NCBI GenBank assembly: GCA_963826715.1
Contig: CAWGYA010000008.1
Span: forward strand, 704,001 to 768,000
From: Candidatus Bathyarchaeota archaeon
Lineage (GTDB): Archaea; Thermoproteota; Bathyarchaeia; Bathyarchaeales; Bathycorpusculaceae
Length of the DNA: 64,000 nucleotides
Direction: 5' to 3'
Program-made: the position numbers and the translations under genes
The notes under the pieces: generated by a model
Told to the model about the DNA's origin: nothing
Database searches by the model: none
Seen by the model: the letters and a program-made list of their open reading frames with translations, nothing else
Part shown: positions 10,627-20,173 of the stretch, piece after piece
Numbering within the stretch: position 1 is the stretch's first letter
Layout: the number at the start of each line of letters is the position of its first letter

Positions 10627-11206
10627 CTAGAATTTGAGCGTTCAGTGATGGTAACGATGCTACATCTTCCATGTGGAAGGGCCCGTAAGATTTCATGTCG
10701 GCACCCATTATAGCGGGGATATTTTTGGTGAATCGTAAGGTTAGCCTTTTATGGGTGACGTGGGTTTCGGGTTTCACGATAACTTTGATTGTTGGAATTT
10801 GGTCCTGCTGAATATGCTGTTTTATTTCAGGGGGTAATTGTCTCGGTTCTCCTTGTTTCAGATTTCTGGAAAAACAGCGATAGGCTTCTGAGAAACCAAC
10901 GAAAGCCTCGCACATTTTAGCTTCTTCAGCTGTCATTAACTCCACTGGTGCCTTATGCAGTTTGGTTATAGTTTTGAGAATTTTTCTGTAACGTAAATCC
11001 AGCAGGTCCCCGAGCATTCGCTCAACATTTTTTGTTTCATGATCAAGAAGGTTGGTTTTCACAGTTTTCTTTTCGACGGGTTTGTTCTGGTCTGCTTTTA
11101 TCTGCTCAAGGTACTCTGAGATTTTGACGTAAAAATCAGGCGTTAAACCTCCAAGTGTGGAGTCGTCAATTTCCCTTCGCCAAGCAGCATACAACTGATC
11201 ATACAT
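10589..11206 (-). CDS. GINS subunit Gins51 (Gins15)
   Basis: DFYVKI..RYRKI..MTAEE A-domain; C-terminal B-domain PAIMGADMKSYGPF..DVASLP; directly downstream of priS. Confidence 0.85.
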   Translation of the reverse strand: MYDQLYAAWRREIDDSTLGGLTPDFYVKISEYLEQIKADQNKPVEKKTVKTNLLDHETKNVERMLGDLLDLRYRKILKTITKLHKAPVELMTAEEAKMCEAFVGFSEAYRCFSRNLKQGEPRQLPPEIKQHIQQDQIPTIKVIVKPETHVTHKRLTLRFTKNIPAIMGADMKSYGPFHMEDVASLPSLNAQILVKQGLAVLVEVS

Positions 11207-11210
11207 CAGA

Positions 11211-12452
11211 TTATATAACCTCCGCTCGTTTTTTGCAGATAAGCATAACAGCCGCTGCAGTCGGCAACTCTATTTTCTGGTTTCTGTAAGGCCCCAACGT
11301 TTGTCCCCCTAACTTAAACTCTGGCGATTCCGACACCAACACTTGCACTTTGCCCTTTTTAAAAGCTACCGCTCCTACAAACGGATCAAAATACATTAAG
11401 TCTTTTGTTGGAAACTCGACTTTTTTTAGCCCGGTTTTGCAATGTAGGGTGCCGTTCATGCGGATCAACCGATGGATGTCGGTGGTGACGACGGTATCGA
11501 TTTTAGCAGTTTTTTCAACCTTAACGTAATTAGCGAGTCTCATCCATGTCCCGTCACTGATTCCCATAACACCGTCCCAATAACCGTCATCTAGACAGCG
11601 CTCTATCAGAGTATCCTTCTTTTCTCTAAGTAATTCCATTTTCCTTGGATCAAAGCCTATTTCTAATAAGTCTTCTGCGCTGGCGTTTGAGAGGAACTCT
11701 TTGATGCCCAATTTCAAACGTCGGTTCCAGCCGAAATCATGCAAAGCAAATCTCTTAGATTCGTTGGGCTTACCATATTTGCCTCTTTCCTTCTTAACTT
11801 TCTTTTCCAGAACAGCCACTCCCAACCCCGTCACGTAATCAACAATTTCCTTGCGCGCCATAGCATCTAAGCCTCGCACTATTTCGCTTTCTATATGCAC
11901 GTGGTATCCGCGATGCCCGGAAAAAAACACTCGGATCTCGTTCTCTGAGAACCCAAAATCATTCTCCAACATGTCTATGAGTTTGGCGGTTTCGTCCCGG
12001 GAGGATTGAATGCAGAATTCGCAAGGCCAGGTTCTGGTTTCGAATTTAGTACCCTCGCAGTTGGGGCAGACTTCGGGGGTGATACCTCTACCGCTAAAGT
12101 TGCATTTGACGCACCGGAATTTATCGTGGATTTTGTCGCATTTAGTGGGGATGTGGTCTGCGTCTATGTCAAAGACTATATCGGAACCAATCCAACCCTT
12201 TTTATCCATGTCATAGTCGGGGTTTTGGTAGTAGGCGCAACTATGATAGACGTCTGATGGCACTATATCAGCGAGGACAGCCCGTAAATTCTTAATGTTG
12301 TTAAATCTGCGATGCCGGATCATGAAGCGTTCTTTGAACATTAGGTAACCAAATTCTCGCTGTTCAGTAAACGGAGGTGAAGGAACAGCGTTTACAGGAT
12401 CTCTGTAAAACTCGCTGAACCTCTGAAAAACGAATTCTCTGGAAGCCTCCAT
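11211..12452 (-). CDS. priS: DNA primase small (catalytic) subunit
   Basis: QREFG, VFDIDAD, FSGHRGYHVH, IDTVVTTDIHRLIRM; Cys-rich insertion. Confidence 0.95.
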   Translation of the reverse strand: MEASREFVFQRFSEFYRDPVNAVPSPPFTEQREFGYLMFKERFMIRHRRFNNIKNLRAVLADIVPSDVYHSCAYYQNPDYDMDKKGWIGSDIVFDIDADHIPTKCDKIHDKFRCVKCNFSGRGITPEVCPNCEGTKFETRTWPCEFCIQSSRDETAKLIDMLENDFGFSENEIRVFFSGHRGYHVHIESEIVRGLDAMARKEIVDYVTGLGVAVLEKKVKKERGKYGKPNESKRFALHDFGWNRRLKLGIKEFLSNASAEDLLEIGFDPRKMELLREKKDTLIERCLDDGYWDGVMGISDGTWMRLANYVKVEKTAKIDTVVTTDIHRLIRMNGTLHCKTGLKKVEFPTKDLMYFDPFVGAVAFKKGKVQVLVSESPEFKLGGQTLGPYRNQKIELPTAAAVMLICKKRAEVI

Positions 12453-12530
12453 ATCTCCCTACCCAACTACTTTAGTAAATACTTGGGTTTCGTACATTTA
12501 ACTATTAACACCAAAAAGCGAACCTTCCAG

Positions 12531-14321
12531 CTAAAATCCAAAATTCTTTCTGAAAATATCTATTATGATGATTGGATTAAAGGCGGCACCGCCGAAGGAG
12601 ATCATTATGATCAGAAAAATCAACCATAATCCCGTGGCTGCTATCTCTTTTTTGTTCTCCGGAATTAGAACATAGATGAATATGAATGGCAAATACCAGT
12701 TTTGAAGGTAGGGCAAAGTGAAGCTTGGTATAAGCAGAAACAGTGCTGAAATGGAGAGCAAAATATTTCTATTTAACATGTAGATGGAATAGATGACGGT
12801 AGCTAACAGTGTAATGAGAACGGCGAATACTTGAATAGACCATGTTATCTGTGCATGCGGCGAAAATGCGTTTATTCCATTCATCACCAACTCAGGTCTT
12901 GTTTGCATGAGATAGGGTGCGCTTAAAAAGGCTGTTACTCCGCTTGTAGCAATAAAAGCAAAACCAATCAATATTTTCCAGTTACTGAGTAAGCCGTTAA
13001 ATCTGCTCTGCTGTAAAAGTTTCCCTAACCCATGATTATCAAGGGTAAGAGGAAAATGCCTATTTGATACTTAAAAAGAATCGATACCCCAACAAACAAC
13101 AGGAAAGCATCATAGCGCTTATTCATGAGCATGGTTAGGGCGAATAGTGCAAAAAGGAATGCAACAGAGTCAAACATACCGTTGGCAGCGAATATAACCA
13201 GAGTTATATAAATTACATAAACACCTAAAACTTTTAATAGCATCTGTAAATATTCGCCTATTAGCGGCTTCTTCTGTTTCCAATTGTTTTGAGTCAACAA
13301 CTGAATGTTTTTTTTCCAGTTTCCAAGTGTAAGTTCTGCAAAACTGGTTTTAGCCCAATAGCGGCTCAGAAATAAGTAGAGGCAGATATGAGCAAAAACC
13401 AAAAACAACGCAATTTCTAACTTATACACCAAAAGGGGGTCAACACCACTCTGTAGCAGAGCGCCAAAGGGCAGAAACAACAATATGCTCCCTATGGGGT
13501 AGAGATGTGGCATTTCAGGCCATGTTACAAAAATAAAACGTGAACTATCCTGGCTAGCGAGCATATCAAGTGGTTGATAAAAAACTGCAAAACCGTCCTT
13601 GAGGAATAAACTTGCCACATAGGGATGTCTAGCATGGTCAGTGTACCAGTTTTCGAAGGGGCCCAACGGATTAGGACTAAACGCAATAATCATGAGCCAC
13701 ACAGTCAGCGATATAACAACCAAAGATAGCAGCAATCGACGATTTGATCGGTTAATCAATGGCAGGGGTTTTTCTTGAGATTGGTGATGGTTATTGAAAG
13801 CGAGTTTTATCATGGCAACTGTGATAGCGGATAGGCTAAAAAGAAACAGGATTTTTGCGGGGGCATTTAACCAGCTATTTGAGTTAGAGGATTTGGGGTG
13901 AATCTATGGCTACTTCGAAATGGATGTCGCCAGCCTCATTGGAGTTGGATGTGAAAATGGCTTCGTAATAGTCGGCACCCGCGGGAAAAGTGTAATTTAT
14001 GTTTTGGTCACTTATGACCTGGTAGAATGAGGCGTTGTTATATGTAATGATTGAAAAGTTTTTTGTAAAACCTTGCGCGGATACAACTTTGATAGTAACT
14101 ATTTCGGGGTCTAAATAGGTGACGTTATCTTGACCGTGAAAATTTCCTATGCCTTGGCGGCGAACTTCGTTGGAGTTCAAATGGAAGGTGTTTTTGATAA
14201 TTAATTTAGACTGCTCCGTTCCATTCTCTTTAGGCACTATACTCGCGGCAGCGAGAACTATGCTTAATGCTAAAAGTGCGATTGCGATATAGAAAATAAC
14301 TTTGGTGTTGCCCAGCCTCAA
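12531..14321 (-). pseudogene. single multi-TM protein (probable GT-C fold glycosyltransferase) broken by two frameshifts into ORFs 13884-14321, 13025-13813 and 12531-12971
   Basis: Frames join: ...DSPQIL|NSNSWLNAPAKILFLFSLSAITVAMIKL (+1 near 13885) and ...LPLIIMG|LGKLLQQSRFNGLLSNWKILIGF (-1 at GGT TAG, ~13027). 'YTDH', 'YPIG..LLFLPFG', 'GMFD', 'KYQ' resemble GT-C/GT87 motifs; next to a Dol-P-Man synthase. Confidence 0.6.
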
Positions 14322-14401
14322 GCTTCAACCTGCCTGTTCTTTATTTTCTCTAAATATCTTTTAGCTGTATTTGATACTGATTAAAAACTATAATACATGT
14401 C

Positions 14402-15145
14402 TTATGAACGCCAAACCGCCTTTATTGTGTAAGAGAGGAAACTTTCAATTTCCGTCCAGGTCAGTTTGGATTTGCCCCGTTTTCGATTCACAAACAACAC
14501 AGGGGTCTCCCTAACAGTAAATTTTTTCTGCGATGCCTGCCGCACTGTTTCAATCTGGATTTCGTAGGTATGACTATGTAGGTCTCCGATGACTTCTTTA
14601 ATGAACGAAGTGGAGTAGCAGCGGAACCCACTTGTGCAGTCCTGTAGCTTTAAACCCAGCGAGGCGCGGGCTAAAGTATTAGCGGTTTTGCTAATGATTT
14701 TTCGCGACAATGGCCAACCTACGATTTGGCCGCCTTTGCTGTATCTGCTGCCGATTACCATAGCGCATTCGCATTCCTGCATTATGCTTAGTAACTTCGG
14801 TAAATCTTGGGGGTCATGGGAGTAATCGGCGTCCATCGTGAACACGTATTTAGGCGGTTGCTTATAAGAAAGAAAAATTTTGAAACCATCGGTTATGGCG
14901 GTGCCCAACCCCTTCTTTTTGGGTCTGCTGTAGAGCGTCACGTTAGTGTATTTGGTTTGTTTTTCTCTAATGATGTCAGCTGTTCCGTCAGGGCTTGAAT
15001 CGTCAATGACTAGAATCGATGCATCCAAGTTTAGGTGCTCTATATCCTCGATTAATCTAGCTATGTTGTCCGCTTCTCTATATGTTGGTAGAATCACGCC
15101 GATTTTGGAGTTACCGGGAGCGGCTCCAATTAATTCAAAGCCCAT
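14402..15145 (-). CDS. polyprenol-phosphate mannosyltransferase (GT2, DPM1-like)
   Basis: LPTYRE, IDDSSPDGT, GLGTA, MDADYSHDP, GSRY, DCTSGFRCY. Confidence 0.92.
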   Translation of the reverse strand: MGFELIGAAPGNSKIGVILPTYREADNIARLIEDIEHLNLDASILVIDDSSPDGTADIIREKQTKYTNVTLYSRPKKKGLGTAITDGFKIFLSYKQPPKYVFTMDADYSHDPQDLPKLLSIMQECECAMVIGSRYSKGGQIVGWPLSRKIISKTANTLARASLGLKLQDCTSGFRCYSTSFIKEVIGDLHSHTYEIQIETVRQASQKKFTVRETPVLFVNRKRGKSKLTWTEIESFLSYTIKAVWRS

Positions 15146-15193
15146 AAATTATTCAACTTATAGCAGTAAATGTGAATTAATAAACCTAAAGGG

Positions 15194-16225
15194 CTATTTT
15201 ATCTGATTTTGAATTTTTTGTTTCAGCAAATAATACTTGAGAGGATGGTAAATTCGTCGGCAGATTTCATCACGGTTTTTGCACACACCATGAGTTTGCA
15301 GAACAGAGCATTGTGGTGGCGTGTAATGTGTCCCGGACCCACGTTCACCAGCAATATGTTCGATTTGGTAGCGGGTTAAACGTTCGTTATAGTCAGAGAA
15401 AGTTTTAAACATATCATTGACAGCTTCCGGAGACATCCCGATGTTAACTAGAAACGATGTTAATGTGAAGCGCCCGATATGGCTGAGGTGGTGTGCATCT
15501 GCTGCGTCGGTGTATAACGCGTTTATGCAGGGTGGAAACGCTGATTGAGTAATCATTTTAGGCATCTCCTCCACTTCTTGTCCCATGATTTCCCCAGCCA
15601 ACTTTGAGAGGTGATTGACAATGAGGTTTATATCTTCGGGGAGGTTTTTGAGTTCGCCCCCGTCTAGGCGTTTTTCCACTCGATTCTTAATTTCTTCCTG
15701 AAGCAGTCGAGCGGCATTGTCCTTGCTTAAGTAAACCATTCCGTGGTCGATTATTTGGTTTGTTAGCTTCCAAGTGGCACCATGCATATGAGCTGAATTC
15801 TTTAGGTAAAAAGTGAAGCCCAAGCGGAAATCCATATAGGGGCTGCCGTCGCTAATGTCCCAACTGAAATCCTTCGCTATCGCAGCAATTTTGAGCTTCG
15901 GCTTTTTTTCTTGACGCATCTGAGCATATGCCGTTTTCGCAACAGCTAATGCATAGCGTTTCTTTATCCAGGTGTTCTTGGTGGCCATAACTAGAATTAA
16001 AGATGCTGCGTAAGAGGAAATCTCAGTTCGCATGTCTCTAGTCAAATCGCCTGTGTTGGTTTCTATTATGGCTTTTTCCACGCGGTTTTTTGCACGGTCA
16101 AGCACACATCGGTCTTCAACGATGCTCTGTATGGTGAGCTCTAGCTCTTGGATTTTACTTGAGGCATTTTTTAAGAATGGGTATTTGGCGTAATCCTCAA
16201 TCGATAATACTGGCGCCAAATCCAT
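15194..16225 (-). CDS. priL: DNA primase large subunit
   Basis: KYPF, FPPCI, HIGRF, RYQIEHIAG, YTPPQC..C..C..HPL Fe-S domain. Confidence 0.95.
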   Translation of the reverse strand: MDLAPVLSIEDYAKYPFLKNASSKIQELELTIQSIVEDRCVLDRAKNRVEKAIIETNTGDLTRDMRTEISSYAASLILVMATKNTWIKKRYALAVAKTAYAQMRQEKKPKLKIAAIAKDFSWDISDGSPYMDFRLGFTFYLKNSAHMHGATWKLTNQIIDHGMVYLSKDNAARLLQEEIKNRVEKRLDGGELKNLPEDINLIVNHLSKLAGEIMGQEVEEMPKMITQSAFPPCINALYTDAADAHHLSHIGRFTLTSFLVNIGMSPEAVNDMFKTFSDYNERLTRYQIEHIAGERGSGTHYTPPQCSVLQTHGVCKNRDEICRRIYHPLKYYLLKQKIQNQIK

Positions 16226-16237
16226 TTGGCGTCAGCA

Positions 16238-16993
16238 CTACTCTGTTTCGATTCTAGGTGCCAAGAAGAAAGTTAATTTGCCCTCTTTGGTTTGCTGAAA
16301 ATCAATCCTCACCGGCATGTCCGAGGAAAACTCTAGTGTTGCAATATCACTGGTTGCTGAGGCGGCTTTGATGATTTCTGAAAGGTAGCTGAGGCTGAAG
16401 GTTGCTTTAGCGTTTTCCTTTACTTCCAAGTCAAGGAGGGCATCGCTTCCTTTGGGTATGGTAATGGTTGCTCCCATTAGGTCGCCAGAAGCGGAAAGGG
16501 TCAATTTTTCAGGGTCGGCTTCAATGCGAACGTGATCACTAACAAGCTGGGCGTCTTCGATTGCTTGACTTAGTCCATGGGTAGTGGTTTTAGCTTTAAC
16601 GTTGAAACTAATTTTCGGAGTTGGTACCTCTTCCTCGGATGCTTCGAGTGTGGGCATTGTAAAGTTACGGCTGTATTTCCCTGTTATTTTTACGAGTAGT
16701 CGCCCTGTTTTTTCGTCGAGACTTAGTTCGACGGATTCGTCTTTTCCGGCACGCTTAAGAAGTTTGAGGAGTTCGCTGATATTGAGGCACATTTTTGAGG
16801 GTTCAGGGGCTTCATATTCTTGAAAGATGCTTTTGGGCCACTCAAAATCAATCATTGCGACACGAGATGGATCCATTGCGCGGAGCTTTAAGCCGTCAGG
16901 TTCAATTTTAAAGGTTGCCTCATCAACAAGAATTGAGATGGCGGTTGCCATGTCTCTTAGGAGCTTCGCGTCGGAAACTTTAAGCTTAAACAT
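16238..16993 (-). CDS. pcn: PCNA sliding clamp
   Basis: RAMDPSRVAMID, FSLSYL, DMPVRIDF, FFLAPRIE. Confidence 0.97.
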   Translation of the reverse strand: MFKLKVSDAKLLRDMATAISILVDEATFKIEPDGLKLRAMDPSRVAMIDFEWPKSIFQEYEAPEPSKMCLNISELLKLLKRAGKDESVELSLDEKTGRLLVKITGKYSRNFTMPTLEASEEEVPTPKISFNVKAKTTTHGLSQAIEDAQLVSDHVRIEADPEKLTLSASGDLMGATITIPKGSDALLDLEVKENAKATFSLSYLSEIIKAASATSDIATLEFSSDMPVRIDFQQTKEGKLTFFLAPRIETE

Positions 16994-17494
16994 GAATTTC
17001 TAACCTCTTTTCCTCGCCTAATGCTTACAGTACAGGATTATATTAGCTTATCATAACGCTCTTTATTTATAAATTTAGCCTGGCAAAAAGCTGAAAGCCT
17101 TGTTTGTAAGCTTCAACCCAGGTTTCATTTTTTATTTGTGGAATCGTGGTTGCCGCAACGCGCGGTAGCCAAGGTCGCTAATCTTTCTATCTTTTCTAAT
17201 CAATCAAAACCCTTAGGCGGGACCTTTATGCCAAATCTTTTTCGTTGCTGATTTAGATCTTGGTGGCGTAGTGGACCGAGTTTCCATTGCAGAATTTTAT
17301 TACCTTTCCATAGTGAATATTTGGAAGTATTGTTTTGCTAACTACCGCTTTTATTATTATAGGACTTCCGGTTTTAAGATGTAAATAACGGGGGCCTTTC
17401 TAATATTTAAGTAACGTTTAGCTCCAACACTTTTTTTGGCTATAAAAGTGAAAAAGTATAAGAACATGTGTGTTCCCTTATTGGGAAGCTGGTA

Positions 17495-17779
17495 GTGAAG
17501 AACGTGAACGTTCCTAAAGAAATCAATACATACTGTCCTAAATGTAAAGCTCACACAATTCATACTGTATCCCTCTATAAACCTGGCAAACGCCGCGCGC
17601 TCGCCCGTGGTGAACGCCACCACGCGCGTGAAAAAGAGGGGTACGGCGGACAGAAATATCCGTTGCAGCATGAATTCGCAAAAACCACCAAAAAGCAGAC
17701 TTTGCGCCTTAAATGCAAAACCTGTAGTTACATGTACCACAAAGACGGCATTCGCCTTAGAAAAATGGTTATACAATAA
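17495..17779 (+). CDS. rpl44e: 50S ribosomal protein eL42 (L44e)
   Basis: PKEINTYCPKCKAHTIH, GYGGQKYP, KTTKK..LKCKTC; exact GTG start uncertain. Confidence 0.95.
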   Translation: MKNVNVPKEINTYCPKCKAHTIHTVSLYKPGKRRALARGERHHAREKEGYGGQKYPLQHEFAKTTKKQTLRLKCKTCSYMYHKDGIRLRKMVIQ

Positions 17780-17799
17780 AATTAATGGAGAAGAATAAA

Positions 17800-17997
17800 A
17801 TGTCTGATTGGAACAAACTCATCCCCAAGCCACGTAGCGTTTTTCTGCGCGTGAAATGCCAGAAATGTGGCAACGAGCAGTTGCTCTTCAGCAACACAGT
17901 TAACAAAATTACTTGTAACGTCTGTGGCGAAGTCCTTGCAGAGCCAACTGGCGGAAGAGCAAACATTAACGGCGAAGTTCTATCCGTCCTCGAATAA
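17800..17997 (+). CDS. rps27e: 30S ribosomal protein eS27
   Basis: PKPRSVFLRVKCQKCGNEQ..CNVCG..LAEPTGGRA. Confidence 0.95.
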   Translation: MSDWNKLIPKPRSVFLRVKCQKCGNEQLLFSNTVNKITCNVCGEVLAEPTGGRANINGEVLSVLE

Positions 17998-18010
17998 GGG
18001 GATGTCCCCA

Positions 18011-18136
18011 ATAGCTGAGTGTAAGCCCATGTCTTCCCCAGTCGGTGGCACAGTAGAATCTATGCTAGAAAATGCCCCGGAATGTTGCAATCATGCTAAA
18101 CTTGGTGGTCAGGGCGCTCTTAGAAGGGATCAATAG
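18011..18136 (+). pseudogene. internally deleted remnant of translation initiation factor aIF2 alpha
   Basis: Occupies the aIF2-alpha slot between rps27e and nop10. Reads (I)AECKP..VG / ESMLENAPE..AKLGGQGALRRDQ*, resembling the N- and C-terminal ends of aIF2-alpha; SD-like GGGGATG precedes ATA; TAG overlaps the nop10 GTG. Confidence 0.7.
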
Positions 18137-18303
18137 TGGTTTGGCAACTTAGAAAATGCATAAAATGTCAAGCATATACACTAAACAAAAGCATTTGTCC
18201 TGTGTGCGCCGGTGGAGTTCGGATTCCGCATCCAGCTAAGTTTTCCCCTGACGATAAGTATTTTAAGTATCGTATGGCAGCAAAAAGGAGCCAAGAACAA
18301 TGA
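18136..18303 (+). CDS. nop10: H/ACA RNP protein Nop10 (missing from ORF track, 55 aa)
   Basis: GTG-started MVWQLRKCIKCQAYTLNKSICPVCAGGVRIPHPAKFSPDDKYFKYR...; TGA overlaps the PAC2 ATG. Confidence 0.93.
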   Translation: MVWQLRKCIKCQAYTLNKSICPVCAGGVRIPHPAKFSPDDKYFKYRMAAKRSQEQ

Positions 18304-19070
18304 AGGAAACTTATATCAAAGAATTCGCTGAAATACAACCCAACAATCCTGTGCTTATCGAAGGCTTGCCTGGATTAGGCTTAGTTGGTAAAATAGCATT
18401 GCGTTACCTAATCAAGCAGCTGAAAGCAAAAAAAATTGCCTACCTTTATAGTCCCCATTTCCCCTACTTCGTACTTGTCAACAAAAAAGGAAATGTGCGG
18501 TTGTTGCGTGGTTCATTCTACTACTATCAGAACCCCAAAGGTAATGATATTCTATTATTTACAGGAGACAGTCAAAGCCAGACCATCGAGGGACAATACG
18601 AAATCGCCGACCGCATGCTTGACTTCAGCGAGAAACATGGTGTCAAAACCATCGCAACAATTGGCGGCTATCGCATGGAACCTCAAGAGAAACCCAAAGT
18701 CTACATAGCTGCAACCAATCATACTATTCTAGAAAAAGCACTCGAAGGCGGAGCAATCCTGAGCGCGTCGGGGAGCCCCATAGTCGGAACTGCAGGACTC
18801 ATCTTGGGCTTGTCAAAATTCAAAAAAATAGAAGCTCTGTGTTTGCTCGGCGAAACACGAGGATATCTGCCTGATCCATTAGCTGCTAAGAGCGTGTTGG
18901 AAGTGCTTAAGGCAACCTTCAACTTCGATTTAGACCTTAAAAACTTAGATGATGAAATCGCTAAAGCAGAAACAATGGTTACCAAGCTACAGCAGATTGA
19001 AGAGAAACGTGCCCTCCAAGCTGAAGAAACCCGTAAGCAAGACGACAAAAAAACAACATATATTTCTTAA
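18300..19070 (+). CDS. proteasome assembly chaperone (PAC2 family)
   Basis: LIEGLPGLGLVGKIA, GDSQ, TIGG, CLLGETRGYLPDP; follows nop10. Confidence 0.9.
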   Translation: MKETYIKEFAEIQPNNPVLIEGLPGLGLVGKIALRYLIKQLKAKKIAYLYSPHFPYFVLVNKKGNVRLLRGSFYYYQNPKGNDILLFTGDSQSQTIEGQYEIADRMLDFSEKHGVKTIATIGGYRMEPQEKPKVYIAATNHTILEKALEGGAILSASGSPIVGTAGLILGLSKFKKIEALCLLGETRGYLPDPLAAKSVLEVLKATFNFDLDLKNLDDEIAKAETMVTKLQQIEEKRALQAEETRKQDDKKTTYIS

Positions 19071-20152
19071 CTAAAATTTTTCTTTATTACGTCAACTGTT
19101 TTTTTGGCTGCTGTTCCGTCTCCGAACGGAGAGACTGACGGCAAATCCCCTTCCCAGTTTGCTTCTTTCATGGCCGCCAAAATACAGTTTTTGTCGGTGC
19201 CCACCACCTTAGCAAAACCTGTGTCAACGGCTTCCGGGCGCTCGGTTGATAAGCGGATAACCAGCACGTGCTTTCTTATTTGTGGTGCCGTGGCTTCCTC
19301 TTGGATGCCGCCTGAATCGGTGATAATTATTGTACAGTTTTTCTCCAACATCAAAAAGTCGAGATATCCCAGTGGCGGCAAAATCAATACATGCTTCATT
19401 TTTTCAATTTTGCCAAGCATGTTATGTTCGGCTAGACGCTTACGCGTTCTAGGATGCATTGGATACACAACAGGTAGATGCGACATGGAGAAAACCTCCA
19501 TAAACGAAGAAAGCACATCGGTGTCATCGACGTTTTCTGCCCGGTGCGCCGTTGCCAGTACAAACTTGTCAAATGGTATCTGTTGCATTATGGTTGATTT
19601 TTTTTCTGCAATCGGCAAATGCTCATTTACAGCGTCAATAGCAGTGTTGCCTGTCAGGTAAATTTTTCCCCAAACATTTTCTTTAATCAGATTAGCTTTT
19701 GCTCGTTCAGTAGGTGAAAATAGGAATTCGGATATGTTGTCGGTTAAGCGGCGGTTATGTTCTTCTGGCATTCGCAAATCGTAACTTCTCAACCCTGCCT
19801 CCACATGGCCAATTGGCAAAAATCGTTTGTTCGCTGCCAACGCCGTTGACAGAACCGTATTTGTATCGCCTTCCACTAGCACAATGGATGGCTTAATTTC
19901 TCCAAGAAGCGCATCCATCTTCATCATTATCTCGGCAGTTTGTGCGCCTGGTGATGAAGACTCTATTTTGAGCCAGTTGTTGGGTGCTGACAATTCAAGA
20001 TTTTCAATGAATTGCTGTGCCATATTGTAATCGTAATGTTGCCCGCAGTGAACAAAAATATGAGGCATATCAGCTTTGTTTAGGGCGCGAATTATCGGCG
20101 CCATCTTAATTATTTCTGGCCTAGTTCCCGTTACTACAACAACTGGATCCAA
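19067..20152 (-). CDS. wecB: UDP-N-acetylglucosamine 2-epimerase (non-hydrolysing)
   Basis: GTRPEIIKMAP, GQHYD, GDTNT, HVEAGLRS, PEEHNR, HRAEN, TDSGGIQEE, TERPE, PFGDG. Confidence 0.95.
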   Translation of the reverse strand: MDPVVVVTGTRPEIIKMAPIIRALNKADMPHIFVHCGQHYDYNMAQQFIENLELSAPNNWLKIESSSPGAQTAEIMMKMDALLGEIKPSIVLVEGDTNTVLSTALAANKRFLPIGHVEAGLRSYDLRMPEEHNRRLTDNISEFLFSPTERAKANLIKENVWGKIYLTGNTAIDAVNEHLPIAEKKSTIMQQIPFDKFVLATAHRAENVDDTDVLSSFMEVFSMSHLPVVYPMHPRTRKRLAEHNMLGKIEKMKHVLILPPLGYLDFLMLEKNCTIIITDSGGIQEEATAPQIRKHVLVIRLSTERPEAVDTGFAKVVGTDKNCILAAMKEANWEGDLPSVSPFGDGTAAKKTVDVIKKNFS

Positions 20153-20173
20153 GGTAAAGACTTCCTTTTTTGT

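Noticed and set aside
13025-13027. Pyrrolysine or selenocysteine readthrough at the premature TAG/TGA codons (also 33343 and 32759)
   Set aside because: The downstream coding sequence is in a different frame each time, so these are frameshifts rather than recoded stops
17270-17400. Replication origin (ORB boxes)
   Set aside because: Only loose TTTCCA/G-run matches, no clear repeated ORB and no cdc6/orc1 in the window
17867-18136. 89-aa tracked ORF as a real gene
   Set aside because: It overlaps rps27e out of frame; only its last ~42 codons are meaningful, as the aIF2-alpha scar
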